Assembly (NCBI RefSeq): GCF_009914755.1 | Contig: NC_060941.1 | Reading direction: 5' to 3' (one strand) | Source: the human T2T-CHM13v2.0 reference genome, Homo sapiens | DNA length: 64,000 nt | In this document: positions 1 through 13,519 of the stretch, one piece after another | Layout of the letters: the number at the start of each line of letters is the position of its first letter | Numbering within the stretch: position 1 is the stretch's first letter | Translations under genes and position numbers: made by a program | Notes under the pieces: model-generated | Database searches by the model: none | What the model saw: the letters and a program-made list of their open reading frames with translations, nothing else | Told to the model about the DNA's origin: nothing

Positions 1-3000
1 AGGCGTGAACCACCGTGCCCAGCCTGATTTGTTTTTAAAGAAAGATGAGATTGTCTTGGTTCTTCATGAGAAAATTTTATATAGCTCTTTTTCTTTTTTT
101 CCTTGCTCATTTCATTTTGGAAAAGAAATCTGTACTGTATTGGGATTGCGAAGAACATCTCTGCACTCAAACAGTTTACAGAAAGAAATTTTGTTTTTCA
201 AAAAAAATAAAAAGAAGAAAATTAAGAGTTCAGTTCTTCCATCGCAATAGCCACATTTCAGGGGCTTGTTAGCCGCACGGGGTGGCTGCTGTGTTTGACA
301 GCGAACGGGGAGCATTTCCATCACTGAAGGAACTACCGGACAGGGCTGGTGTGGGGAGTGCACAGAGGGCTGGGGGCTGGATGGCCGAGGACAGCGACAT
401 CTGGGTTGTCCTGCTGAGAAGGGGTGGCCACATGGTGACACACCAGGAGGAGGGGACAGCAGGTGCAATGTTGGCCAGACGGGGATGTGCTTGATGTGTT
501 CAAAGGACAGAAAAGACAGACGGAGCAAGGGGAGAGGAGAGCAAGGTGGGGCTGGGGAGGTCAGCGGTGGGGCCTCTGGGGCCTGGGTAAACAGTTTTCT
601 GCTTTACGTGGAAGGCGTCAGGAAGCCATGGGGAGAGGGGTTAAGCAGGGGAGTTGCATAGTTTGAACAATATATGAAGAATGGATTTGTGGGGGCAAGA
701 GTGGAAGGAAGGAGCCCTAGGGAGGAGGCTATTGTGTCACAGAGAGGAAAGACTGAGACCCGGGTGATACGGGGGTGGGGAACAGCCATAGCCGAAGCCT
801 CAGGGTTCTGGATCCAGCTGTGCCTGAAGTTGATCCCCCCTCTCCTCCCTTTCTCCTCTTGGTTACTGGGCACTGACTGGAACACCCCTCATTACTACCA
901 CCCACCTATCCCCTCCCTCACAAAACACCTGACTGTCTCTCCTCCTATCTCTGTGCAGAGCACTCAGAAGGGACCTAGGCTTCCCTCAGTGCCCTGGGCC
1001 CAATTTCTTTTCAGAACTTTTCCCCCCTGACTGCATCCCAGGGCTGATAAGATAGCCCTGTCTAGTCACCTTGGAGTCCTGGGAAGATTCCTTAGGCCAC
1101 CTGGTGTTTCACTGACTTTCCCCACCAGGATGCTTTCCTGGAGCTGTGAGCAGGAGGCAGGAGGAACCAGCTGGCTCTGGGTCTGGGGGTGGAGGCAACT
1201 AAAAGAGAAGGCTCAGCTTCAGTTGCAACTGGAGGGACTTTGGTTTTCTCTTAGGAAGAACTTCCCCTCTATAAAAGGGCCGATGCCATCCTCGTGCATT
1301 CACAGCGGAGGGGATCTCCTAGGGGCCTAAGAATAAGGTGGAAAACCTGCTCCCTAGGGTGGGTACCAAGAGGCCGGCTCTGCTCCTCCAAAGCTGGGCA
1401 CTCATTCTCCCTCAGGACCTTTGCAGCTGCAGTTCCCTCTGCCAAGACCCCAGGTGGCTCCTCCATCTCGCTCCAAAGTCTCCTCCTGAGTGGCGTTGCG
1501 GATTGCCTGATGAGCACGGCTCCCTCCTCGGAAGCACCTTGTCTGTCTCCTGTACTAGAACGCCAGCTCCACAAGGGCAGGGCGGTTGTTGATCTTGTTT
1601 CTCTCTGTCCCCTCCTGTCTGACACTGTGCCTGGCACATGGTGGATGTTCCCAGGAGGTTTCTGGAATGAGCAGATGTCTGGGGTGAGTGTGGGCAGGTG
1701 GCTGCCATGCATACAGAGCCTGCCAGGCCCTAGTGGGCTCAGACTCACCCTCTCACTGCACCCTCCCAGTGGGGATCAGGACTTTGAGGCTTAGAGAGGT
1801 GAGGTCACTCACCCAAATGGCACAGCCAGTATGTGGTGGCCCTGGTCTGGAGAGGCCTGGAGGGGACTTGGGGGGGTTGGAGGCTGGGCCAGGGCCTGGG
1901 GACACACTGCCTTTCCGCATGACAGCTCTCCATCCGTCCACAGGCCCTGCTTCCCCTGCCAAGTCCCACCTGGGGCTTCCCTGACCACCTTAGGTCCTCA
2001 GGTACAATTGCACTGCAAGGCACTGGCCTGTGGCACACAGAAGAGGGCCCTGCAGCCCAGATTCACACAGCAAGTGAATGAGGCATAGCTGAAAACCGTG
2101 CGTATGGTGGCCTCAGCCGGGCCACACTGGGTAGACCCAGACTTGGGCAGGCATGTGGCTCCACCCATCACTGGGCCGGCAGCCCTGCCTCCTGAGTGCA
2201 CCTGCTACACCCAGGGCTTGCACCAGCTTTGGGGACAGGGGCCGCCTCTCCAAAAAATGCAGCTCATTGTCAGTGATGGGGCAGGATTCCTTCCCGATGG
2301 CCACACCCAGGGGGGGATCTGTCCAGATGGACAAGCGCAGCTGAGTGAGGTGCCTGAGGAAGTCTGACCCCCTCCATCCTGTGATGGATCCTACCTGTGT
2401 CCACCCCATCCTGTCTGACTGCTTCAGCTCACTCTGTCTGTCCCAGCCAGTCTGGAGCCATACTTCCTTGTAGCTCTGTGGCTCCTTCCAACTGCACGGC
2501 CTTCCCTGGGCCACTTCCCCTGCCTAGAAGGCTCTTTGCCCGTTGTTTCCGTTTCTGCTAGGTCTTGGTTACGTGGTCTTGGTTGGAGGACGGTCTCTCT
2601 GATCGACACCCCTGCCCGTGGGACCCTCTCCCTGTGGCCTCCATGCTCAAAATGCTCATTCTCACCTGCCTCAGGGCCTTTGCACTTGCCCTGCCCCAAC
2701 CCAAGCTAGTCTTTCCAGGCCACCCTCTCCGAGCCACCTCCCCACTTCCCCAAACAGGCTCCTCTGCCCTTGGCCTGCAGGGCAGTTATGGTTGCCTTTG
2801 CCTGTGGAGTCGGTGCTCACTATGGCACAGCCCTGCCTGTAAGCTGGGGAATCCAGCCATTGAGGAGTGCTTGCCAAAAGAATGAATGAGCACCCTTCAG
2901 AAAGGGTCCTGGACCCACATGTGTCCCCCAACACAGTGTGTGACCTGGGACGACAGCTCCCCCTCTGCACTGCATCTCCTCTGTCCACTGTGGTGGTTGG

Positions 3001-3584
3001 TCCCCAAGATCCCCAAGGGCCCTGCTGGCCCTCACCTTTGAAGCTCTGGGACACAATTATCAAGGGAGACCACTGCCTACACTCCCAGAGCTGAGAGCAC
3101 AAACAAGCTCTTAAATCAATCAGCGACATCACCTTCCAAGTGAAGAAAACAGGACCTCTGGCCTAGACACAAGGACAGGGGAGAGGAGGCTGCAAACATC
3201 CCTGAGTGAGCTGGCTAGGAAGGGTCACTAGTTGCCTGGACCTGGAAGTTGAGGGACCCACAGAGAAAAGCAGGGAATCTCAGCTGGAAGATGGGGATGA
3301 TATCAACTCAGACCCTCAGACTCAACCTGGTGAGGGAGAGTGGATATATCAAGACTCCTTACGCCACCAAAATCAACTCTGGCTAAGTCCAGCCAAGGCA
3401 AAGCAAGAAGGGAATGTGCCGGGAGATTATAGGTTAGCTCATAGAACCAAAAGAAGAAAAGAAGTAAAAAAACCACATCCTGGAAAGGACTGGTTTGGAT
3501 ATGAAATTTAGGTAGCCGAACTAATGGGAAGCCCTTGGATGAATGAATTCCCTCTGATTCCATCCTCAAGTCACTCTACTCAAG

Positions 3585-4230
3585 ATCCAAATTTCCTTAA
3601 TATATAAAGAGTTCCTACAGTCAATAAGACAAATGAAACTGCAATCGAAAATATGAAATAGAAAAAATGTCCACGAGTATAGACATGAACAGATAGTTCA
3701 CAGAGCAGGAAGTAGAAATGGCCCTTGAGCTGATAAACAATGTTTAGCCTAATATATAACCAGAGAAGTGCAAATGGAAACTACAGTTTAAGCCCATTTT
3801 TCACTTATCACATTGGCAATTATCCAAAACTGTGATAACACTGTGTCACCATGGGTGTGGGAGACAAGCTCTCTCCTGCATTACTGGTGGGAGTATAAAC
3901 TGGTAAGGCCACTATCAACATTTTTTTTAATGCACATGCCTTTTGATCTGAAAACTTACTCCTAGAAATGTACAGGGACACTTGCAAATGTGCTGATGGC
4001 CCTAGTACAAGGATATTTATTGTGGTGTGTTTCTCTTGTAATAGCAAGACTGGAAACAATCTAAATACCCATCAATAGAGGTTGGTGAGCTCCATAATAA
4101 CGTAGCCACTCAGTGAACTCTGCAACTGTGAAAAAGAAGAATGAGGTAGCTTTACATACTGCAGCCTGGAATGATCTTCCAGATAGACTATCCCATGAAA
4201 AAGCATGGTGCATGCATATTCGTGAAAGCC
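3585..4230 (+). mobile_element. L1ME-type 3' fragment
   Basis: aatatataaagagttcctaca, ggtgggagtataaactgg, tagcaagactggaaacaatctaaatacccatcaatag. Confidence 0.75.
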
Positions 4231-7200
4231 TCCATTTTTGGTCTCTGAATTCAGAATGCTCACCTTTGTCTTGTGTGGCTACTGTCCACTCTCCACCTGT
4301 AGGTCACAGAAGCGTGACCCCTCGTACCTTTCTATGTGCCCCTTTTCTGGCCTGAATGGCCTTGGTTTCCAACTGTCCACACCTATGACTCTTTGCAGCA
4401 AGACTGTCATCAGGCTATTGGAGCCTCTTGGTCCTTTCTGCAGAGAGCTGGAAGTGTCCCACTGCCTCAGGATGGCCCTTCACTAATGACTGACATGTGT
4501 ATCCTTAGCTCAGGCTGGGAAACGGAGATGTGACTCCACTCCACAGTCCCCCGAGGGACCTGCTTCTGTAGGATTTTGCCTGGGGCCACAGCCTTGCATG
4601 GCTTCTCCCCTCTCTGTCTGCTACCCCCTTTCCCTTACTGCGCTCCTTGGGTGCCTGTCCTTCATCAGTCACTGCCATACAAATCAGGATCTACTTCTGG
4701 GGAATGTGACCCAGATAGCTTCCCCCTTACCCTGCTCCTTGCTTTTTGCAGGTAGGGTGTGCCTGCATATGCAAGTGTATGATGCAACGTGGGCACCGTG
4801 GTTCTTCCCGTTTCACAGGTGAGGGACCTAGAGCTCCACGGCTCGCCTTAGGTCCCAGGTAGGAAGTGGCAAGCGACTTTGAAGCCACGTAGTCTGGCTC
4901 CAAGAACAAACTCACATCCACTGAAAATATTGAAAATAGCCTAGAGAAGGTAAGCTCCAAGTACAAGGAAAATCTGCATTGTTAAAGCAGGCCAAGCATG
5001 GAAGAACTCTCATTTATTTTCCCAAAAGATTCTATTCTGTAGTCTTCCCTTCATAAACACACATCCCACTGTCAGATGCAAATCCTAGAGCTAGAAATGG
5101 GGCATTCAAGAAAGACAGAGCTCCTGGGAACAGCACGTTTGCAGACATGGGAAGGGACCCTCCCACTGGTTTTGGTTTCTCCATGGCTATGGGCAAAGCC
5201 TGCCTGCTCTGCATCCGGGGATCTTGGTCAGGTGTTGGAATCGGTGGGTGGATTGCCGGTACATTTGCACTGTGTCCTAGAGAGCCTCTATGCATTTCAA
5301 CTCTGATTCTCCTTCACCATCTATGTGCAGCCCACAACCGCAGGACCCCGCCCCTGGCCCTGAATCTCCCATGTCCTGGCGCCAAGCAGGTGAGTCAGCC
5401 TAGGAGGAGGAAGGGCTCCCGGAAGCCAAGCCCATGCTGGGGTGGTGAGAAACAACTTTCCTATGCAAGGAGGTGCCTGAGCACCCCCTGATGGTCAAGC
5501 CTGAGCCCCCTCACCTCCCCGAAGTGTGATGGAGGAAAGGCCGGAAAGAGGCAGCAGTCTTCACCCACTGAGGCTGAGTTTCTCACTCATGCCAAGTTTT
5601 ACATAAGCTGGGGACCATGTGCTTCAAGGCTAGAGGTCTTGGCGGGCCCAGGGCCTTGGAGGGGCCTGGATGACCAAGGGGTCCGTGGCTTAGGCCCTGC
5701 CTCTGCATGGGGAATCTTGGGAAGGTTGGAAGCCCACAGCCCCTACCGAGAAAGGAGCCATGGGCCAGATCTTTTGCACAAATCCCACCTGTGCTCCTTG
5801 ACCGCCCCTCCCCACCGGGGCCACGGTGACCAGGAGGCAGAAGCCTCCATCCGTTCACAGGACCAGCATCCTGGGAGGACCCTGGCCTGAGCGAGCTGCT
5901 GAAGGGGACCCTCATGCTGGATGGTTGGCTACTTGGCACCCTTTTCTCTGTGGAGCAGGGATGACATTTGAGAGCCACCAAAGATGGGCAGGAAAAACAA
6001 AGGCCACCACAAAGGAAGCTGAAGGCAGAAAGAGATGCAGAGAAAGTGGGAGAAACTCGGCTGTGCTTTGTGGGGGCCCTGCAGGGACATCGGCTCCTGA
6101 AGGGATGAGAGAAAGGGTCCCCTGAACTTTGACACTCTGTTCTTCTCAAGGCCTGGCCAGCCCTGTGGCTCCTTAGAGGAATCTGGGTGCCTTCTGTCCC
6201 TAGTACCTGACAAGCCCCAGGTGAGAAGACCTGAGTTCACCTGCGCTGCCACGTGTAACCTGATGGCCCTGGCACCCTCGCAGGGTTTGAATAGCTGCCC
6301 TTTCCACCTGTTTCCCGGATTTTCCACACCACCCAGAGGCTCATATTCAACCCCACAGCCTACAAGTCAGCCAGGGGCCTTTGGCCACATGTACTGATGA
6401 TGAGAATCACTGGATTGTAAGCTGTAAAAGCACAAGGATGGTGTTTTGTTCCCCGCTACCCCCTGCACCTGAGGCCCAGGGAGGATTGCTGCTCGGATGA
6501 AGGAGAGCGAGTGTTCATGGAGCTCTTTGCAGAAGCCACGGGAAGCCCTTCCTGTGCCTTCTCAGGTTTAGTTCTCAGACAGCCCCACTTTCCAGATGAG
6601 GAAACAGAGGCTAAGAAAGGAGAATAAACTTGTCCAGAATCAGTGGTGAGGCTGGGATTTGAATCCCATCCTGTTGGACTCAACACTTCCTCTGAAAAGA
6701 CAGGATAAGGGAGCTTCCTACTTCTGGCTTTGGGAACCGGCAGAGAGGAGCAGAGTTGGGCCAGACGCGTCACCTCCCAAGCTCTGCGGCACCCAAGGGT
6801 TCCCAGGGTCCTCTTCCTCCATTTGGCTCTTTTCTTCTCTGGACTCTCCCACCTTCGAGGATTGGACTCCTTGCAGGGAGCGCAAAGCAGAGAACAGAGG
6901 AGGCCCAACTGAGGAGAGTGTGCTGGAGCAGATGGGGCACACAGAGAGCCCCCAAACCTGAGCCTCACCTGGAGAGTGGCTCCCTGCAAGCTGAGCCCCT
7001 GTGTGCCCAGAAGTGACATAGGCATTCAGGAAAGGGACTGAGGGAGGAAAGAAGGAGCCATTCCTCTTCCCAGGGGCGCCTGCCCTGGGTTCCTGAGGGA
7101 GGCTCCATGTTTACATCTCCAAAGGCCAGTCCCAAACACGCCAGAGTGCAATGCCCTCCCTCAGACCCAGGGCCATCCTCGGAGCAGCCGGGAGGCAGCC

Positions 7201-7288
7201 TGTCCACTCTTACCACAGGCAGGTCGCCCAGGCAGCCTCCTCTTAGAGCTCCTGAATTCTGGAGCATGAAATAGAAATGTGAAAAACA

Positions 7289-7583
<295 letters not shown>

Positions 7584-10500
7584 GAATGAGAGAGAAAATA
7601 AATACGACAAAATGTTAACAATGGGTGAATGTAGGTGAAGAGTATGTGGCAGGGTGTTTTTTATTCTCGCAAATTTTGTGTAGGTTTGAAGTTACCACAG
7701 AATAGCAAATATAAGAATGATTCCTGCAGACACACGAGTGATTTCAACTGTTCACAGGGCTCAGGCAGGAAGCAGATCTCTTGCCCTCCCTCTGATCCAG
7801 GTCACTTAGTCCAGTCCCTGAAAGCAGTGGATGGACAACCATGCCACCCTCTTTCTTCAAATACACCTTATTTTGTATCCTGCCCTTTTTGTGTAGCATT
7901 AGATCATGAGCATTTTCCTCTGCTATAAATGTCCCCTCAAATATGTTGTTTCTTGTGACTCCCTAGTGTTCTACCCACGATTTCCTCGGCTGCTCCACCT
8001 TGGTGGAATTCAGTGATTCTTCTGCCTTTTCACCATTGTAAGTGATGCTTTGATGAAAAGCTTTGTAGGTTCATCTGTGCTGCACCTCTGACCAGTCTTT
8101 TCTGGAAGACTCTAAGGAAGGAGACAGGGGCATGGACCACTGGCTTTTGAAGGCATTCGGTGGGTCCTGCCATGCCGCCTTCCCACATTCCAGAAGGGTG
8201 GTCCCAGTGAACAACCCACCAGCACGGGGCCCCGCTCCATGGTGCCCCAGCAAGGCCAGCGTCCCTATACAGGAAAATTAAACCATTTGCCAATTCAAGG
8301 CACTCCAGATGGATCTCTCTGTTTTCTTTGATGACTGATGTGTCCTTTTTTGTTTCCTTCAGAGCACTAAGACTGTGCATTTTCCCAGGACTGTCAGGGT
8401 GGTTTTCTTACCAATGTGTGGTGGTTGTGAGGGTTCAATTGAGTCGATGCCTGCAAAGTGCTGGCCCAGCACAGGAAAAGCACCCAGTGCTTGCTGGCTG
8501 TTTGCTGCGCCACAGCCCAGGTCACAGGCTGGGTCAGCTGCTCACTGGCAGTGCCACTGTAGCCAGGCTGCTCACCTCACTGAGCCTCAGTTTCCTTCTC
8601 TGTGAAAGGGGAGCACCTTCCTCACAGGGCTGTGGTGGAGTGAAGGCAGGTAAAGCACTTAGGAGGGCGCCCTCCCATGCTTGGCACTCTGCAAATGCTA
8701 CTGGGATTTGCACAGGAAGGAAATTGACCCTTTGTCCTATTTATTACCCATAGTTTCCTTCCGGAATCCGAAAGTGGAGTGTGGTGTGGCTGGCAGAGCA
8801 GGCTGCCCAAGGGAGCCAGGAGAGGGGAGGACGGAAGGGGTGGGAGCCGTCTTCTCCAAGGCTGCTGTAATGCTGACCTAGAGAAGACCCCCAGAGTGGG
8901 GCATGTCCCACACTCAGCTGGCCCTGCTCCTGCCACCAGGCCTGGCACACATCGGATGCCCCCTGAGTCATGTCGAGGAAGGAATGTCTAACACTTGAAA
9001 ATATTCTAGAGCCATAAAGATAGACCTGGTTGGACCCAGACCAAACCTCAAATTGATCCCAAGGAAGATTTCACAACTTCCTTTGAGAGATGCCTCTCAG
9101 TGTCGCCTGGCGCGATTCAGGAAGTCCTTCTTGAGAGCTAACCTAAATCCTTCCTGCTCGCCCTCCTCATGCTTGGGAGAGGAGGCAGCAAGGAGGGGGG
9201 GACAGGTGGGCCTCTCGCCTCAGAGCCCATATGAGGTCCCGAGAAGGTGAGGCTGGGCCCTGACTCAGCTTCAGCACACACTATTTCCATTCCCTTCCCG
9301 TGACTCAACAGGGGAGGGGCCCGGGGGCCACTCACCTCTGTCTTCTCAACCTGCAACTCCCCCCACCCCTTCCTGGATTCCTGTGACGCAGGAATCCCTC
9401 TGGTCTGTGTGGAGGAACCCAGAGCAACTTGAGCCAGAAGTGGATGTCCAAGCCGGCATGAGTCACCCCTCAAAATCAGGACCAGTGAGGGCCTGAAGAG
9501 GCCACACCGCCTCCGGCAGCCTGGCCGCCGCTCACTTCTCTGGGAAAGTGGCCTGGAGCTCGCATGGCATCTGGGCCCAGCCTCTGCCTCTGACCTGCAC
9601 TGACCCCTGTGTCACCCGCCTCCAGGGTGACCCTCCTCCTGGCATTCAGACAGCTCCACTCACTGCTTCGCACAAACCTGTGCCACCCTGGTTCAAACAT
9701 TAACCAGCTGTGTGACTTTTTAGAAGCCCTTCCCATGTTTAAAAACCAAGCTGGGAGGATGCTGCACCACTGCCATCATGGTTCTCACTGAACCGTCGCA
9801 GGAAAAAGCATTTCTTGCGCCATGGCTGTGTGCAGAACAGGCTTCCCACGGCTGAGTCCCCAAGCCCCCCACAGACGCTGCCAATGAAATGCCGTCAGCC
9901 TCAAGCATGGTTCTTGGTACCCAGCCCTGGTAAAACCACGTGTCTCAGGCCTTCTGAACCACAGTGCCCAGAACTCTGGCTGGGCTTTGTCCCAGAGGAC
10001 AAGACTGGCCAACCCCCTGCTGAGCTGGAAGAATAGCTCCCTCAGCTGGCAGGGACCTGCCCCTGTTGCAATTTGGACTGAGTAAATGCTGACAGGAGGA
10101 GCCTGCGTGTCAGGCCAGGATAGACAGAGGCAAACTCTGTACTCTCAGAGAGCTTAGAAGCTAGAGTTGGAAAGCATGGGAAAGGGTCAGACACCCAAGA
10201 GAAACAAGTGCTGATGTCCACCAAAAGAAAACTTACTGCATTCTATAAACTAAAATCAAACAAATGTTCTCCTGCATTGCATAGCAGAGGAAAAGACCAA
10301 ATGACTCTTCCATGCAACAAGTTAGATGAATCTCGCAGATAAAGTCAGACAAAAGAATCCAGACGCAAAAGAGCATGCACAGTATGGAGTTCAAAAACAG
10401 GCAAAAGTCATCTATGGAGACAGAAGTCCTGGTGGTGGTTTCTTGGTGGGGTGGGTGGGGGATGGGGTTATTGACAGGAAGGAGGCACCAGGGAGCTTTC

Positions 10501-11120
10501 TGGGGTCCTGGAAATGTTCCACGTCTTCATCTGGGGTGTGATGATGGGGTGGACACATTTGTTAAAACGCATTGATTTGCACACCAACATTTGTGTACTT
10601 TGCTGTAACTTTTTCCACACTTTAAGAAGAAGAGGAGGGAAGAAGAACTGTTGGGGAGACCAGCTGGGACCCCCTGCTGCTGACTCGCGGGCGTTGCCTT
10701 CGTGCCCCATGATTGTCGGGCCATTGAGGCCTCCTGGCAGCCTGGTAGACCTAGAACTATCTAAGCCAATAAGACACAGATTGTTGGCTCCACCACCAAT
10801 TTCTGAGTCAGGAAGTCTAGGGGGGCCTTGGAATTCACATTTCCTGCAGCCTGCAGGCCATGCTGGGGCTCTGGCCCAGGAACTGTGCTTTAGAAGAGAT
10901 GGTAGAACGTAGCATGTGCTGTGAGATCCCTCCAAGCTGGGAAGGACCCAGGTAAGTTCACAGAGGAGGTGCCCTTGAAAGATCAGTAAGATCTGAAAAT
11001 GCCCAAATAAGCAGGAACTGCTGGTTCCAGGGAGGGAAGTCAGTGTGAGGCAAAGTAGAGAGGCTGGGAAGTGCGGCGAACGGCATTCCAGCCCTCAGGA
11101 GGGCAGGGCTGGCAGACAGA

Positions 11121-11473
11121 TGTCTGAGTCCATTTCGTGCTGCTATAACAGAATACCTGAGACTGGGTCATTTATAATAATCAGACATTTATGTGGCTCG
11201 TAATTCTGGAGGCTGGGAAGCCCAAGGGCATGGTGCCGGCCTGAGCCCAGCATTTGGTGAGGGCCTTCTTGCTGCCTCATCCCATGGTGGAAATCAGGAG
11301 GGTAAGAGACCAAACTCACAGTCTCAAGGCCTTTTATAATCAGCATTAACCCATGCGTGACGGTGGGCACCTCATAACCTAAACACCTCCTATTAGGCCC
11401 CAGCTCCCAATACCATTGCACTGGGGATTAAGTGTTGAATACACGCCTTTTGGGGGACACATGCAACCCACAG
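11121..11473 (-). mobile_element. MaLR LTR (MST-type)
   Basis: tgtctgagtccattt.gtgctgctataacagaatacctgagactgggt...ttctggaggctgggaag...attgcactggggattaag pattern. Confidence 0.8.
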
Positions 11474-12069
11474 AAAGAGGACATTGAGGCTTCTGCTTAG
11501 AAGGTTTTGTTCTGCATGATAAAGCTTGAAAATAGGAGGAAGCTCCAGAAAAATGGCCCTCCCCCACCCCTACCAGGGGATTATGTTCCAAAGTCAGAAA
11601 GTGAGGCACAAACCACATGTGGTCATTTACCTGTGACAACCTGTGATTGGCCTATGAAGGTAGATAGCCTAGCTCAGTGCTAAAGGGCCGGAGCAGATGC
11701 TGAGTTCACTGGCTGAGTGCCAGGTAAAGCCATCCGTGTGCACTGAGTGCTCATATTGGATGACAAACCTGGATAAAGAGCCCTCCAGCCCTTCCCTGTA
11801 ACAAGCAGGAGCTGGGGCAGAAGGGCAGAGGTGCAGCAAAGCTGGGTCTAATGTGGGGAGCAATGTGGGGCAGGGCCAGGAAAGGGGCCTGCAGCTGTTG
11901 GTAGGCTAGCGGGTAAACAAACCCATTACAGTGGAGGTGTGCTGCTGACCGCCTTTCCTACAAGCTCATGGGCCGCCTTCACAGCACTTCCCCTGCTGCT
12001 TTTTCAGTGTAATCTTACAGCTATTCTGTCAAGACACCATGTTAAACACTAGTGGAAAAGTCACTGTGC

Positions 12070-12650
12070 AGAATTACCATATAATCTAGTAATTCCGCTT
12101 TTGGGTATATACCAAAAAATACCCAAAAAATAATTGAGATCAGGGTCTCCAACAGATGTTTGTTCACCCATGTTTCTAGCAGCATTCTTTTTTTTTTTGA
12201 GACGGAGTCTCACTCTGTTGCCTAGGCTGGAGCGCAGTGGCGTGATCTCGGCTCACTATAGCAGCATTCTTTACAACAACCAAAAGGTGGAAGCCACCCA
12301 AATGGCCATCAATATACAAAATGTGGTCTGTGCTTACAATGAAATATTCAGTCTTACAAAGGAAGGAAATTCTGGCACGTGCTACAATATGGAAGAAAGT
12401 GAGGACGTAATATTCTGTGAAAAAAGCCAGCCATGAAAAGACAAACTCTATATGATTCCACTTATATGAGCTAAGGGAAGGGGAATGGGGAGTTACTGTT
12501 CATTGGAGACAGAGTTTCAATTTGAGGAAGACAAAAAGTTCTTGGATGGATGGTGGTAATGGTTGCACAACAATGCGAATGTGCTTAATGCCACTGAACT
12601 GTGCACTTCACGATGGTCAAGATGGTAAGTTTTATGTGGACAAAAAGAAC
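12070..12650 (+). mobile_element. L1MB-type 3' end with nested truncated Alu
   Basis: gaattaccatat.atctag.aattcc, ggatggtggtaatggttgcacaacaat..gaatgt.cttaatgccactgaactgt.cactt. Confidence 0.8.
12191..12258 (-). mobile_element. Severely 5'-truncated Alu with 14-bp TSD
   Basis: TSD tagcagcattcttt at 12177-12190 and 12259-12272. Confidence 0.9.
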
Positions 12651-12661
12651 ACACTATGTTT

Positions 12662-13037
<376 letters not shown>

Positions 13038-13252
13038 TCATTTCTCCAGGACACGGTCTAGGGGTGGCAGGGCAGGGCAGGGCTGCGGTGGCAACTTTGC
13101 TCCATGCAGTCATTCAGGGATCCACCCTCCTCTCTCCCATCCCTAGGGTGTTTCTCTCATCCATGTAGCTCAAGACAGTGCGCCATCATGTCCACATCCT
13201 AAACAGCAGGGTTAAGAAAAGATGGAAAAGGGCTTGCCCTCCTGCTTAATAA

Positions 13253-13519
13253 TTTTTTTTTTTTAGACTGGGTCTCATAGCTCAGTGCAGCCTAGCCTGG
13301 GCTCTAGCAATCCTCCCACCTCAGCTTCCTGAGTAGCTGGAACTATAGCCACATGCCACCATGTCCCCATGTCCAGCTGAACTTTTTTTTTTTTTTTTGG
13401 TATTTTTTGTAGAGGTGGGGTCTCGTTATGTTGCCCAGGCAGGCCTTGGCCTCAAGTGATCCTCCCATCTCGGCCTCCCATAGCTCTGGGATTACAGGCA
13501 TGAGCCACCGTGCACAGCC
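13253..13519 (-). mobile_element. AluJ-like (internally deleted)
   Basis: Antisense Alu sequence. Confidence 0.9.

Noticed and set aside
1269-1279. TATAAAAGGG box
   Set aside because: Isolated motif without CpG island, clear first exon or similarity to the 37-kb cassette beyond the box.
2113-2514. Protein-like peptide DFLRHLTQLRLSIWTDPPLGVAIGKESCPITDNELHFLE
   Set aside because: No family recognised and no convincing acceptor or donor; BLASTp needed.
8087-8264. Possible minus-strand exon
   Set aside because: Acceptor plausible but donor weak and no recognisable translation.
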